From contig JBEKBM010000031.1 of NCBI GenBank assembly GCA_050015395.1, forward strand, positions 1 to 27,028: a stretch of 27,028 bases of DNA, read 5' to 3'. The notes under the pieces are model-generated. The model was not told the origin of the DNA, did no database searches, and was given only the letters and a program-made list of their open reading frames with translations. Source of the DNA: Candidatus Bathyarchaeia archaeon (GTDB taxonomy: Archaea; Thermoproteota; Bathyarchaeia; Bathyarchaeales; Bathycorpusculaceae). The translations under genes were made by a program, and so were the position numbers. This document shows positions 8,767-17,937 of this stretch, piece after piece (position 1 is the first letter of the stretch; each line of letters starts with the position of its first letter).

Positions 8767-9378
8767 TTAGTGCCAACCTATCAATGCGCCGTATTGCGAA
8801 TATACTTCTTTAACTAATTCGCCTGCTTTTGGGTTGTTCCAGTCGTGCATCCACTCAGAAACCAAGCTCTCAAGGGTAATTGGAACCACGCCTACCTGCA
8901 GCATCCTCTTAATTCCGTATTTATGCGCTTCAGGGGTTGAATCTCCTGCTGCATCCATTAACCCATAGACCTCGTACCCTTCCTTGATTGCATGAATGGC
9001 GGTGTAAGCGAAGCACATGCTTGTCCAAAGCCCCGAAACAACCATCTTCTTCCTGTCTGCCCGCTTGAACGCGTCCCAAGTGTTCTCGTCTTCAAAAGCG
9101 TCAAAACTCGGCACCTTTCTTGCATAAACCATTTGGTTTGGAAACAACGCAGTAACTTCTTGGAGAAAGTCTCCATTAAGCTTAGGGTTAATGGTTGATA
9201 AGACAACCGGGATTCCAAGTATTTTGGCGGCTTTTGCAGCGCATATGGCGGCATTCTTAATTATTGTTTTGTCACCAGACGTGATCCCTTTTAACATTGA
9301 AGGTTGATAGTCAACCAAAACGAGAGTGCTGTTCTTATCGGTTAACAATTCTAGTTTTCCATCTTTTGAAGAAATCAT
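8767..9378 (-). CDS. Isochorismatase-family cysteine hydrolase (YcaC-like)
   Basis: LVLVDYQ, PVVLST, RK..FDAF, SGLWTSMC (catalytic Cys) and DAAG motifs. Confidence 0.88.
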   Translation of the reverse strand: MISSKDGKLELLTDKNSTLVLVDYQPSMLKGITSGDKTIIKNAAICAAKAAKILGIPVVLSTINPKLNGDFLQEVTALFPNQMVYARKVPSFDAFEDENTWDAFKRADRKKMVVSGLWTSMCFAYTAIHAIKEGYEVYGLMDAAGDSTPEAHKYGIKRMLQVGVVPITLESLVSEWMHDWNNPKAGELVKEVYSQYGALIGWH

Positions 9379-9424
9379 TTAAAAACTCACCATTCTAAAT
9401 AAATTGATAACAAGATATAAAACT

Positions 9425-9589
9425 TCTGCCAACCTCCAGAACGTGTCGTGGCTTAGCCTTCTGAACTTCCTCCGCCAAAATTTTCCCTTAATGCGGTCCA
9501 ACGATTGGCAAAAATTCTTTTTCTGCTGCCTTCTCAATTTCCCTTAAAACTTGGTCGGCGCTGCTTAAGACAGGTCTTTCTGTTATCAT
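9425..9589 (-). pseudogene. Truncated O-methyltransferase (class I SAM, YrrM/COMT-like) N-terminus
   Basis: ATG at 9589 overlaps the msrA stop. Reads MITERPVLSSADQVLREIEKAAEKEFLPIVGPH*GKILAEEVQKAKPRHVLEVG, with an internal TAA, and breaks off at SAM motif I. Confidence 0.7.
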
Positions 9590-10152
9590 AGGGGTACCTT
9601 GATTTTATCAATAAAACGATGCTGTAACTTTGCAATTTTCGGGGCAATCACGGCTTGGCAATAAGGCTCTTTCGGATGTTTCTTGTAGTAGTCTTTGTGG
9701 TATGTTTCAGCTTTGTAAAACACCTTGAGGGGCTCAACTGTTGTAACGATTGGTTTATCCCAAATGACCTCTTTTTCGAGTTCATTAATCAGTTTTTCAG
9801 CCGTGGCTTTCTGCTCTGGGGTATGGTAGAAAATGGCTGACCTGTACTGCGTTCCAATGTCTGCTCCTTGGCGGTTCAGCGATGTTGGGTCATGCATTGT
9901 AAAGAAAAATTCCAGGATTTCTTTGTAACTGATTACTTTTGGGTCAAAGAATATCTGTGCTGCCTCAGCGTGACCGGTAGTGCCTGTCGAAACCTGTTCG
10001 TACGATGGATTAGGCACTGTGCCGCCAGTGTAGCCAGGCTCGATTCGCTCTACGCCTTTTATTATGCTGAATGCGGCTTCGGTGCACCAGAAGCAGCCGC
10101 CGGCAAGCGTTGCAACCTCCAAATTTTTATTATCGTTAGGCTGTTGACTCAT
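9586..10152 (-). CDS. msrA: Peptide methionine sulfoxide reductase MsrA
   Basis: GGCFWC, GYTGG, GHAE, HDPT, RQGADIGTQYRSAIFY, AETYHKDYY and PYC motifs. Confidence 0.97.
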   Translation of the reverse strand: MSQQPNDNKNLEVATLAGGCFWCTEAAFSIIKGVERIEPGYTGGTVPNPSYEQVSTGTTGHAEAAQIFFDPKVISYKEILEFFFTMHDPTSLNRQGADIGTQYRSAIFYHTPEQKATAEKLINELEKEVIWDKPIVTTVEPLKVFYKAETYHKDYYKKHPKEPYCQAVIAPKIAKLQHRFIDKIKVPL

Positions 10153-10374
10153 ATTTCATCTTTCCTAAAAAATAGGTTAATGCCTGTTGTAATGCTGGGT
10201 AGCTTTGAACTTAATTGTTTGTGGCTGTCATGACACAGCAACTAATCTAAAAAAAATGAGTTTATTTTCAATGCAGTTTCTGTCTGAGCACTGAAGCCTA
10301 TTGAGCGCATATTTGAACATCTAACACAATAAAGTCCATGTTAATAGTGCCAAAAAGTACATGAATAAAACACG

Positions 10375-10496
10375 TTTCTATGTTGAAAGTGCGCGCATTA
10401 TTCCTATGCAGCGCTATGTTGAATCATATTTGAAGCATATTAGAAGCATCTAGTAGACCCGGGGGTAGGCTGTTGCGCACACACAAATACCCTAAG
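10375..10496 (+). repeat. Dispersed element copy 1 (11-bp phased repeats + TAGACC + G-string)
   Basis: GAATCATATTT|GAAGCATATTA|GAAGCATCTAG|TAGACCCGGGGGTAGGCTGTTGCGCACACACAA. Confidence 0.85.
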
Positions 10497-10876
10497 CAGT
10501 AACTATTATGTAGATTCCTATTGCAGCTATGACAAAGCCTACGATTGCATCATTGTACTTTTCTGGGACATGCTCAAAGGTTTTGGCAAGCCCGCTAATT
10601 CCAACTTGGACAAGGAACATTTTTTTGTATTAGAATCAGCAGACCAGTTGGGACTTTTTTTTGTTGAATAACTACAATACAATCGCTTGAGTTATGCAGA
10701 TTTATAATAATATTGTAAGGTATCTACGTTAATTTGTTTCTGAAACAATCTTGCCATGGAAATTGTGTTAAAAATGACGCATTTTGTAGAGCGTTTGTCT
10801 GCCATTTTTTATTTGAGGTTGATAGTAATTCTCTTAAGCTTAAGCAACATTATTATACAGTTTACGAGGCAGCGTA

Positions 10877-11140
10877 ATGAGAAGGCGCGAGGCAGCCCGA
10901 CTTTTGAGTGAAATATGTAAGTGTGTACCAGACGCTTTCATAAGCAGTATATCGCTAACGCCTATCAGCCGTTCCAAAGAAGAATTTGATCTTCGAATAA
11001 ACGTCTCTCTCGACCTCAAAAGTCTCATGAACGTGCAATCTATTGTAAATAAACGTGGAATGATTTTAAAAGAAGACCAAGGGTCTCTGCTGATTTATGG
11101 CTCTCAAACAAAACCAACTGGAATGGCAATCATCGCATAA
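10877..11140 (+). CDS. Hypothetical protein
   Basis: 87-aa ORF with an alpha/beta pattern and GAGG upstream. No recognised motif. Confidence 0.65.
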   Translation: MRRREAARLLSEICKCVPDAFISSISLTPISRSKEEFDLRINVSLDLKSLMNVQSIVNKRGMILKEDQGSLLIYGSQTKPTGMAIIA

Positions 11141-11280
11141 AATTAAAGTTCCCAACAAAGGCTTGAGGGAATGGCGGGGTACACCCCAAAAAGCAGTGAA
11201 GCTCTGGTTAAATCACCCGTGTATATTTAGCTCTTGTTTTTTCTTCTTTAGTGCCTTTTTTCTACATTAAAAAACAGACT

Positions 11281-11420
11281 TTTCTATGTTGAAAAGCACC
11301 ATTCTGCATGCAAAGTGCGCAGTCTTCGCTCTATGCACACCTATGTTGAAACATATTTGAAGCATATTAGAAGCATATAGTAGACCCGGGGGTAGCTTGT
11401 GCACAAATAAATATCCTAAG
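11281..11420 (+). repeat. Dispersed element copy 2
   Basis: GAAACATATTT|GAAGCATATTA|GAAGCATATAG|TAGACCCGGGGGTAGC. Flanks (TTTCTATGTTGAAA...CCTAAG) are shared with copy 1. Confidence 0.85.
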
Positions 11421-11910
11421 ACAAAAAACGAGAGCTAAATACATACGACTTGATTATTTAAAATGTACCCTTTGATAAGTAGTACGCTCCAAGATTTCTC
11501 CTTAAAAGAGCGGGGAATCAAAAGAAAAAACACTCCAATAAAACAATCAATTGTGTCGCCGTTAATGGCGTCCCGATAGAAAATGCGCATAGTGATTTAA
11601 ATGAATTTGTGATTGCGAAACAACAACAACGTTTCAAAACAGTATGTGTGTAGCAACCGATTGTACACAATAATTTATTTTGCTCTTACTCCTTAGATTT
11701 TGCAACAGAACCTAACCGTAAAAATGGCATACTTGAAAGCCAACAGTCCAGTTGAGATGAGAAAACTTGCAGATTAAGAGCATAAAGATTAGCATAAAGC
11801 ACGGAGCAGTTTTGTTTTTAGGTATTTATTTCAGATTCATAGGTTGCTTTCATAAGTTAGTTAAATAGCCTTCGCTATTGTGTGTTCTATTGGAATCTGG
11901 AGGAAAGTGT

Positions 11911-12090
11911 ATGAAACAAATCGCGGAAAAAGATAGGAAAGAACTAGAAGCTAAGCTAGAGAATGTTTTCCAAGAGAAAATTGGTCAATTGCCGACAGAA
12001 TTGCGTGAAATATTGCTAGATGACATGGTCACAGCCTTCGAAAACAGGTTAAATGTGTTAAACCGAGCAAGCACAAAAGCCGATAATTAG
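11911..12090 (+). CDS. Small helical hypothetical protein
   Basis: GGAGG precedes ATG 11911 (MKQIAEKD...ILLDDMVTAFENRL). The listed start at 11878 is probably too early. Confidence 0.7.
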   Translation: MKQIAEKDRKELEAKLENVFQEKIGQLPTELREILLDDMVTAFENRLNVLNRASTKADN

Positions 12091-12129
12091 CTGCATTCAT
12101 GGACAAAAACATTGATTAGTAATACATAA

Positions 12130-12471
12130 ATGATTTATATTAAAAACTGGAGTTTAATAAAAAAAGAGGAGTATAAAGTGCGTCGTTCAAAACTAGAAAT
12201 GTATGTTGACATCCTTTCGGTTCTGGCTCACAGAGGACCACTAAAACTAACACACGTCATGTATAAAGCAAACGTTAACTGCAGCGTCCTAAAAGAGTAC
12301 CTTGACTTCCTCATAAAACAAGGCCTGGTCGAAGAACGCACCGCAGGAAAACAACGAGTAGTTTACGCCGTAACACAACGCGGCATAACAGTACTGAAAT
12401 ACTTTAAAGAACTAAAACAAGTCCTGCCCATAGTAGAGGAAGCACGAAACCAACCAGCAATCCCCTACTAA
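12130..12471 (+). CDS. Winged-helix transcriptional regulator (COG3432-like); start may be GTG 12178
   Basis: RRSKLEMYVDIL, THVMYKANVN, YLDFLIKQGLV and YAVTQRG. GAGGAG lies just upstream of GTG 12178. Confidence 0.85.
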   Translation: MIYIKNWSLIKKEEYKVRRSKLEMYVDILSVLAHRGPLKLTHVMYKANVNCSVLKEYLDFLIKQGLVEERTAGKQRVVYAVTQRGITVLKYFKELKQVLPIVEEARNQPAIPY

Positions 12472-12644
12472 AACCCACAATTCCATTATTTCCCCTAAAA
12501 AACAAATTACATTTCACATTATTCGTATTGCCATTCCACGCTCTGCTTTTATTAAATATTAATGTTATAGTTTAGTTGTTTCAAATAAGTAGTAAAGTTT
12601 CGTAAGACTTAATAAATACTTCGGGATTAAACTATCAACTGTAT

Positions 12645-13055
12645 ATGTGCAAAACACGTCTGGAGGGGTTTGTGATTAAGGATGAGATATTGGCTAAAAA
12701 ACCGATAACGATACTTGAAAAAATTGAAGAAAGCCTTGAGAGACTAAACGAGAAAATGGAGGTAATTATTGAAATTCAGAAGAACGGTAATGACAGCCAA
12801 AGGTCTGTTGCGGCATTGCCTGATGCCTCCTTAGATGTTATGACGCTTCTTTCTATGCCGGATCACCTGCGGAAAACAGCCATGGCAATTTGTAGGTGTG
12901 GAAGAGCAACTGCTGAAGAAATTGCTGGGCAAACAAGTCGAGCCAGAGCCGTGGAAAGTGCATATCTTAATCAACTTGTGATTATGGGTTACCTTAAGAA
13001 AGAGCGTAAGGGAAGAAAAGCCTATTTTTACGTTGATAGGGAAACGCAAGGTTGA
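12645..13055 (+). CDS. Coiled-coil + winged-helix DNA-binding protein; start may be GTG 12672
   Basis: ATAEEIAGQTSRARAVESAYLNQLVIMGYLKKERKGRKAYF wHTH, N-terminal heptads, abuts the ParA/MinD gene. Confidence 0.8.
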   Translation: MCKTRLEGFVIKDEILAKKPITILEKIEESLERLNEKMEVIIEIQKNGNDSQRSVAALPDASLDVMTLLSMPDHLRKTAMAICRCGRATAEEIAGQTSRARAVESAYLNQLVIMGYLKKERKGRKAYFYVDRETQG

Positions 13056-13840
13056 AAACTATGAGCAAAATAATCGCTCTGCATTCATATAAAGGCGGAA
13101 CGGGAAAAACGCTTCTTTCCTTAAACTTAGCAGCTGCTTTGGCTAAATTGGGCAAGAAAGTTTGCGTTTTTGATCTTGATTTTCGAGCACCAAGCTTGTT
13201 CTCCATTCTGAAAGCTGAAAACGTTGAATATTGGCTTAACGATTACTTAAACAACAGCTGTGACGCCGAAAAAGTTCTTATAGATTTAAGCAGCAAGGTT
13301 CCTGGAAACGGCAAGTTTTTCGCTGGCTTAGCAAACCCTGCAACTGAAGCAATCCGAGACATGTCTGCAAAGGATAGAAAATGGGAAATGCGTGCACTGG
13401 GAAGGCTGCTTGCGCTTAGGGAAACATTGCTTGAGGATCAAAAGTTTGATTACTTGTTCTTGGACACAAGCCCGGGATTACAGTATTCCTCAATAAACGC
13501 TATTGTCGCCGCTGACTTCGTGGTTGTGGTAACAACTGGTGACAGGTCAGATGTGGACGGAACAAAACGAATGCTACAGGAGTTATATAACTTGTTTGAG
13601 AAGAAAACGGGCCTAGTGCTAAACAAAGTGCTTGATTCATCAGCCACAGCTAAGAAAGCCGAAATGAGCAACAAAATAAAAACTGTTTATCACGTGCCCA
13701 TGCTGGCAATCGTGCCTTGCTTTTGCGAAATCCTAAGAGCTGAAGGCAACTCGATATTTATCGAAGATAAACCTGACCATCCCTTCACAAAGATAATTAC
13801 TGAAATGGCTAAAAAGATTGAAAATAACGAAGTAAACTAG
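13052..13840 (+). CDS. MinD/ParA-family ATPase (ATG 13061 likely start)
   Basis: Deviant Walker A KGGTGKT, FDLD..AP, LDTSPG and VLNKV motifs. Confidence 0.9.
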   Translation: MKTMSKIIALHSYKGGTGKTLLSLNLAAALAKLGKKVCVFDLDFRAPSLFSILKAENVEYWLNDYLNNSCDAEKVLIDLSSKVPGNGKFFAGLANPATEAIRDMSAKDRKWEMRALGRLLALRETLLEDQKFDYLFLDTSPGLQYSSINAIVAADFVVVVTTGDRSDVDGTKRMLQELYNLFEKKTGLVLNKVLDSSATAKKAEMSNKIKTVYHVPMLAIVPCFCEILRAEGNSIFIEDKPDHPFTKIITEMAKKIENNEVN

Positions 13841-13890
13841 TTAGCCATCTTCTTTATTTTTGATTTTAGTTTTTGCGATGCAGGTTACCG

Positions 13891-15360
13891 TTAGAGAATG
13901 ATTGCGCCGACGCCGGGCGGTGCTGCGTTTGTGGCTGCTTTGCATGATAGTGCTAGAGCCATTAGTTGGTCGTCGTGTCTTCCGTGCGGGTGCCAGAATT
14001 TGAGGTGGATTCGTTCTTGAGCCGTTTTAGGCTGGAGATACTCGTACTGCTGTTCGTTGATTTGTGCGATTAAGGTTTTGTCGTCGCCTGCTATTTTGAG
14101 CAGTTTCTTTTCCATGAGCAATTTGAGGTTGTTTAGCAAGTTTTCTTTTTCAGTGTCCGTAAAGAAGACGCCTTCAACGGCGGGTATATTGATGTTGTTT
14201 AGTTCGTCGATGACAGCGTCGCCTATGCAGCCCTTATCAACGTATAAGCCTTCGAAGTTGAAGATTTGTTGTGCTCTGGCTATGTAGCCGATGACTTGGG
14301 GGTAGTTTGTGCCCAAGGGCAACTGGCGTTTATGCACCAGCCTAAGCTCGCCGCTATAACATTTCTGAACCACAACAAGCACGCTGTAGTCAACTTGTTT
14401 GCCAAGGTCTAAGCCCGCGTAGTAGGGTCCTCTGAGTTTTTGTTCTGGCGTGACTTTTTCCATGTCTTCAATGTATGCGGCTGGCGAATCTGGGTTGCCC
14501 AGCTCTGGGTCTACGCAGGATACGATTAGGTCCATGGGGAAGAAAGTGTGGGAGGCTTCTACCCATATGCCCTCAACCTCGCGCTGCCATTCTTCACTGG
14601 TCATTACTTCTTTCCATTCGTCAAGCTGCGTTTGGCTGACAAGTGGGCTTTGGTAGCTTGCGTAGTGATGTACGCTGTAGCGTTTTGTGTCCAGGAAGGC
14701 TTTGCGGAAAACGTGGTCTTGACCCATGGGTGTGCCGCTCATGACTAAGGATGCGCCTGGTTTTGTTAGCATCATCATTATTTCGCTTGTAATCATCTCG
14801 CCTGGAACAATCGATGCTTCGTCAATGAAAACGTAGTCTGGATGGTAGCCTCTGAGCTTGTCTTTTGAACATGGAAGAGCAATAATTCTTCCGCCTAAGG
14901 GTGGTTTGAGTTTTATTGCTGTATGGGTTGTTCCTGGCCTCTGAATCATGGCTTTCAATAGCGGGTTAGCCCTGATTGTGGAGTAGCAGTAGTCGAACAT
15001 AATCATTGATTGGCGTTGCGTGCTGCTAATGATGAGGCTTTCCACTTTGGGCTTGGTGTATAGTAGCCAGAGGTTTTTTCTGCTAAAAACTAAGCTTTTG
15101 CCCCATCCCCGTCCACAAACAGCTACCTGTCTCCGACTTGCGTCTAGTAGGAGTTTTTGGTGCTCAGGCGCTTGGATTAGCCATTTGTCACCGCACATTA
15201 ACATGGCAAAGAATACTGGGTCTTCAATTAGTTTGGCGGCGACTTCTTTGTGGGCTATGAGTTGCCTTAGTGCTTTTGGTCTCTGTAGTAAGCCCTCGCA
15301 CATCGCGGCTGTGAACGCTGGATCGCTTGTTAATTTCTCGATGAAAGTCTTCTCTTCCAA
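13891..15360 (-). CDS. terL: Phage-type terminase large subunit (ATPase + RNase H-like nuclease)
   Basis: Q motif PEHQ, Walker A GRGWGKS, LRG..PDYVFIDEA Walker B, SGTP motif III, nuclease GLDLG..DYS, YVD and HDDQLMALAL. Confidence 0.9.
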   Translation of the reverse strand: MEEKTFIEKLTSDPAFTAAMCEGLLQRPKALRQLIAHKEVAAKLIEDPVFFAMLMCGDKWLIQAPEHQKLLLDASRRQVAVCGRGWGKSLVFSRKNLWLLYTKPKVESLIISSTQRQSMIMFDYCYSTIRANPLLKAMIQRPGTTHTAIKLKPPLGGRIIALPCSKDKLRGYHPDYVFIDEASIVPGEMITSEIMMMLTKPGASLVMSGTPMGQDHVFRKAFLDTKRYSVHHYASYQSPLVSQTQLDEWKEVMTSEEWQREVEGIWVEASHTFFPMDLIVSCVDPELGNPDSPAAYIEDMEKVTPEQKLRGPYYAGLDLGKQVDYSVLVVVQKCYSGELRLVHKRQLPLGTNYPQVIGYIARAQQIFNFEGLYVDKGCIGDAVIDELNNINIPAVEGVFFTDTEKENLLNNLKLLMEKKLLKIAGDDKTLIAQINEQQYEYLQPKTAQERIHLKFWHPHGRHDDQLMALALSCKAATNAAPPGVGAIIL

Positions 15361-15650
15361 TCCCTAAATTCCCTTCTCAAAAGCCTACGCATCTTGCCGT
15401 CGGCGTACTGTTTTCCGATAAAGTCGCCTAATGTGTCTTCGTTAAACTGCAGTTCTTGACCTTTCTGGGCGAGGAGTTTATTGAGTACGATGGCGTGATA
15501 TGCGACGGCGTTGGCAAGCCTGATTTTCTCGCTAGGTGTAAGAGTCTGGTTGTTTAGCATTTGCTTCAAATCGTTAAGCAAGTCCCATTCTATAGCGATT
15601 AATTTGTCAATGGTCGCTTCCTCTTCGTCGCCATCTTCTGTCTCTCTCAC
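15330..15650 (-). CDS. Small helical protein overlapping terL, putative terminase small subunit
   Basis: 106 aa, all-helical, acidic N-terminus and basic C-terminus. Lies directly upstream of terL and overlaps it by 31 nt. Assignment is positional. Confidence 0.65.
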   Translation of the reverse strand: MRETEDGDEEEATIDKLIAIEWDLLNDLKQMLNNQTLTPSEKIRLANAVAYHAIVLNKLLAQKGQELQFNEDTLGDFIGKQYADGKMRRLLRREFRDWKRRLSSRN

Positions 15651-15739
15651 AACCTACCCCCTCGGTCTACTAGATGATCCAAATAGGATCCTATAGAGGA
15701 TCCAAATAGGTTTGAATTGACGGCTTTTACTTGAGCCAT
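15647..15739 (-). CDS. Possible 30-aa leader peptide running through the repeat element
   Basis: GGGGAG-preceded ATG 15739, MAQVKAVNSNLFGSSIGSYLDHLVDRGGRL*. Its TGA overlaps the GTG of the next gene. Confidence 0.3.
   Translation of the reverse strand: MAQVKAVNSNLFGSSIGSYLDHLVDRGGRL
15648..15716 (-). repeat. Dispersed element copy 3, leader of the terS-terL operon
   Basis: Minus strand: AAACCTATTT|GGATCCTCTATA|GGATCCTATTT|GGATCATCTAG|TAGACCGAGGGGGTAGGTT-GTG(start). Confidence 0.75.
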
Positions 15740-15930
15740 TTTATATTTCTCCCCTATTGTTTGAGAATCCTAAACTGCGACCTCTACGCCTTTTAAGCCA
15801 TCGCAGAAACGACTTTTTCAAGCAGTGGAGGGGTGAGTGAAAGTGAACTGTTGCCAGAACTCTGGGTTTACTTGGTTTTAGTTGCATAAACTATTTTTAT
15901 AACTTAGGTGGAGTACTTTGTGTGGCTGCT

Positions 15931-16176
15931 ATGACTGAAAGTATTACTTTTTCGGCTATACTTTGGAAAGAAGGAAAGTTGCAAATTGCTTGGTCCCCTG
16001 AACTGGATATAGCCAGCCAAGGGAAAAATGTAGAGGAGGCTCTAAGTAATTTGCGGGAAGCAATCGAGCTTTACCTTGAAGATGAAGATGCCAAGATTCC
16101 AACCAGTAAATCGCCTATTCTCACAACATTGAGCGTTGAAACCCATGCCAAAGCTGAAACCTGTCTCAGGCCTTAA
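15931..16176 (+). CDS. hicB: HicB-family antitoxin
   Basis: AWSPELDIASQGKNVEEALSNLREAIELYLED motif. Paired with hicA. Confidence 0.9.
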   Translation: MTESITFSAILWKEGKLQIAWSPELDIASQGKNVEEALSNLREAIELYLEDEDAKIPTSKSPILTTLSVETHAKAETCLRP

Positions 16177-16378
16177 GATAATCAAGGCTTTGGGTAAAGC
16201 TGGTTTTCAAGTAGTCGGCAGAAAAGGAAGCCACGTCAGGCTAAAAAGAAAAACTGCAGACAGGGTGTACATAGTTGTCGTTCCTGTTCATCCAGAAGTA
16301 AAGACGGGAACTCTCAAATCGATATTGAGACAAGCTGGATTAACAGACGAAGAATTTGCAGATCTTTTAAAAAAATAG
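16145..16378 (+). CDS. hicA: HicA-family mRNA interferase toxin
   Basis: MPKLKPVSG..IKAL.K.GF...RKGSH...VPVHPEVKTGTLKSILRQAG, with the catalytic His intact. Confidence 0.93.
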   Translation: MPKLKPVSGLKIIKALGKAGFQVVGRKGSHVRLKRKTADRVYIVVVPVHPEVKTGTLKSILRQAGLTDEEFADLLKK

Positions 16379-16510
16379 TTTTCCCTTGTGGAGTTCAATC
16401 TTAAAACAGGAGAAAATAAATTTTGAAATCACATACATTTGTGAAAAGTTTGTGATTAACCTTTAAGAAAAATTAAATAGTGTGAAAGTAAACTATTCTT
16501 ACTGATACAA

Positions 16511-16783
16511 ATGAGTGAAGAGCCACAAGTTACCACAATCAGCGAAAAAGGGCAAGTAGTCATCCCACAGTCCATAAGAAAACAGCTAAAAATAAAGCCA
16601 AAAAACAAGTTCCTCGTCTACGGCAAAGGCGACACCATCATACTCAAAAAGCTAGAGCTTCCCGACATAAAAAAAGAATGGGACAACATTTTTGAAATGA
16701 TGGACAAAAAGCACCTAAACATTTCAGAGGAAGAAATCCAAGAAATAGTGTCAGAAGTTAGGAAAGAGCGTCACCGCAAATAA
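16511..16783 (+). CDS. AbrB/MazE/SpoVT-family antitoxin
   Basis: TTISEKGQVVIPQSIRKQLKIKP motif, upstream of a PIN-domain fragment. Confidence 0.9.
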   Translation: MSEEPQVTTISEKGQVVIPQSIRKQLKIKPKNKFLVYGKGDTIILKKLELPDIKKEWDNIFEMMDKKHLNISEEEIQEIVSEVRKERHRK

Positions 16784-16796
16784 TTAAGATGATTAA

Positions 16797-16905
16797 ATGC
16801 TTAGGGTTGTTCTTGACACTAATGTTTTGGTGAGCGCCACAATTTCTGACGGCAAATCAAGAGAACTTTTACAAAGAGGAATGGCGAACCGATTCTCTAT
16901 TGGTA
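16797..16905 (+). pseudogene. Truncated PIN-domain (VapC-like) toxin
   Basis: MLRVVLDTNVLVSA.ISDGKSRELL is a typical PIN N-terminus. Similarity ends after about 35 aa and the frame runs antisense into the next gene. Confidence 0.8.
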
Positions 16906-16958
16906 CGACTATGATAACAAAAAACGAATGCGTGATTAGCAATAGTCTCAATTGTAAA

Positions 16959-17936
16959 CTAGAACGACACCTTGAAAAATTCTTCTGGCGGATATCTTTC
17001 ATGATAAGTATAAAATCCTCGCTTTCCTCTGCGAGTTAGCATTGCCTTATTACCCTTTGATAGTTTTTCCAGTTCTTGCGCTAATCGGGCATCCCCAAAA
17101 TCATATCCTGCATCTCGCAATCTTGTTTTTGTTTCTCTAAAAGCCTTTCCGGGTTTAAAGAAACCTTGGCGATAGATTTCTTTAATAATTTCAGCTGGTG
17201 CTTTCCGAATTTCCTCTTGTCCAAACACCAAAGCTATATCTGTTCGAGTTAAGCTGTAAAAGAAAGATAAGAAATTATTGAAATCTCCTTTCAAATCATT
17301 TCCTAGATCCATTAAAGCTTCTAAATATTTTACATAAGCGGGTAGACATAGTCTCGTGCTAAGATCAGCTTGAATTGGTTCTGGTGGAGGGACATCATGT
17401 GGCCCAGAATGGCTCCTTGTGTAGTAAATGCTCTTGAGTAAACTGCATATAGTATCTGCTTCGCTTATTTTCTTAGCCTCCAACTCTTTGCGGAGTCTAC
17501 CGTTTCGATTATCGAATTTTTGGTCTCTTGATAATTCTTCCCAGATACCACTAGAATCTTTTCTGTCAATTTCCTGTATTAAGTTTCTAACAATTCGCTC
17601 GCAGAAAATACCGCTAGAAGTCATGGCGTTTCGCCATGCTTTTCGCTCCATTTCAAAAAGTATATGAATATAGAAAAATATTGGGCTCAAGAAGAAATAT
17701 AATTCTCGTGCTTTATTTTTGTCGCCTTTTAACAATTGTTGAAAATAGGGAGTTACAGAAGGTTTTAGACTGTCTCGTCCTCCCATCATTTTGTCCCAGT
17801 CATCTATTGTCTCATTTAGTTTGTTATTGAGTTCTTTTTCATCCAGTTTTTTTCCGCAAGAGTAAGAATACAGTTCTTCTAATGATTCATAATGTTGCTT
17901 TTCTTTCCCAATAAGGTCGGGAAGCTCAATTGACAT
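16959..17936 (-). CDS. Predicted HEPN-domain RNase with C-terminal winged helix
   Basis: WRNAMTSSGIFCERIV helix and Rx5H motif RSHSGPH. C-terminal QGFF..GK...E....L...GY...L...L.RRG....Y wHTH pattern. Confidence 0.7.
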   Translation of the reverse strand: MSIELPDLIGKEKQHYESLEELYSYSCGKKLDEKELNNKLNETIDDWDKMMGGRDSLKPSVTPYFQQLLKGDKNKARELYFFLSPIFFYIHILFEMERKAWRNAMTSSGIFCERIVRNLIQEIDRKDSSGIWEELSRDQKFDNRNGRLRKELEAKKISEADTICSLLKSIYYTRSHSGPHDVPPPEPIQADLSTRLCLPAYVKYLEALMDLGNDLKGDFNNFLSFFYSLTRTDIALVFGQEEIRKAPAEIIKEIYRQGFFKPGKAFRETKTRLRDAGYDFGDARLAQELEKLSKGNKAMLTRRGKRGFYTYHERYPPEEFFKVSF

Positions 17937-17937
17937 T

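Noticed and set aside
10375-11420. CRISPR array from the repeated blocks
   Set aside because: Only two long copies about 900 bp apart, no 30-45 nt spacers and no cas genes.
16797-17039. Full 80-aa PIN toxin
   Set aside because: Only about 35 N-terminal residues are PIN-like. The other acidic catalytic residues are missing.
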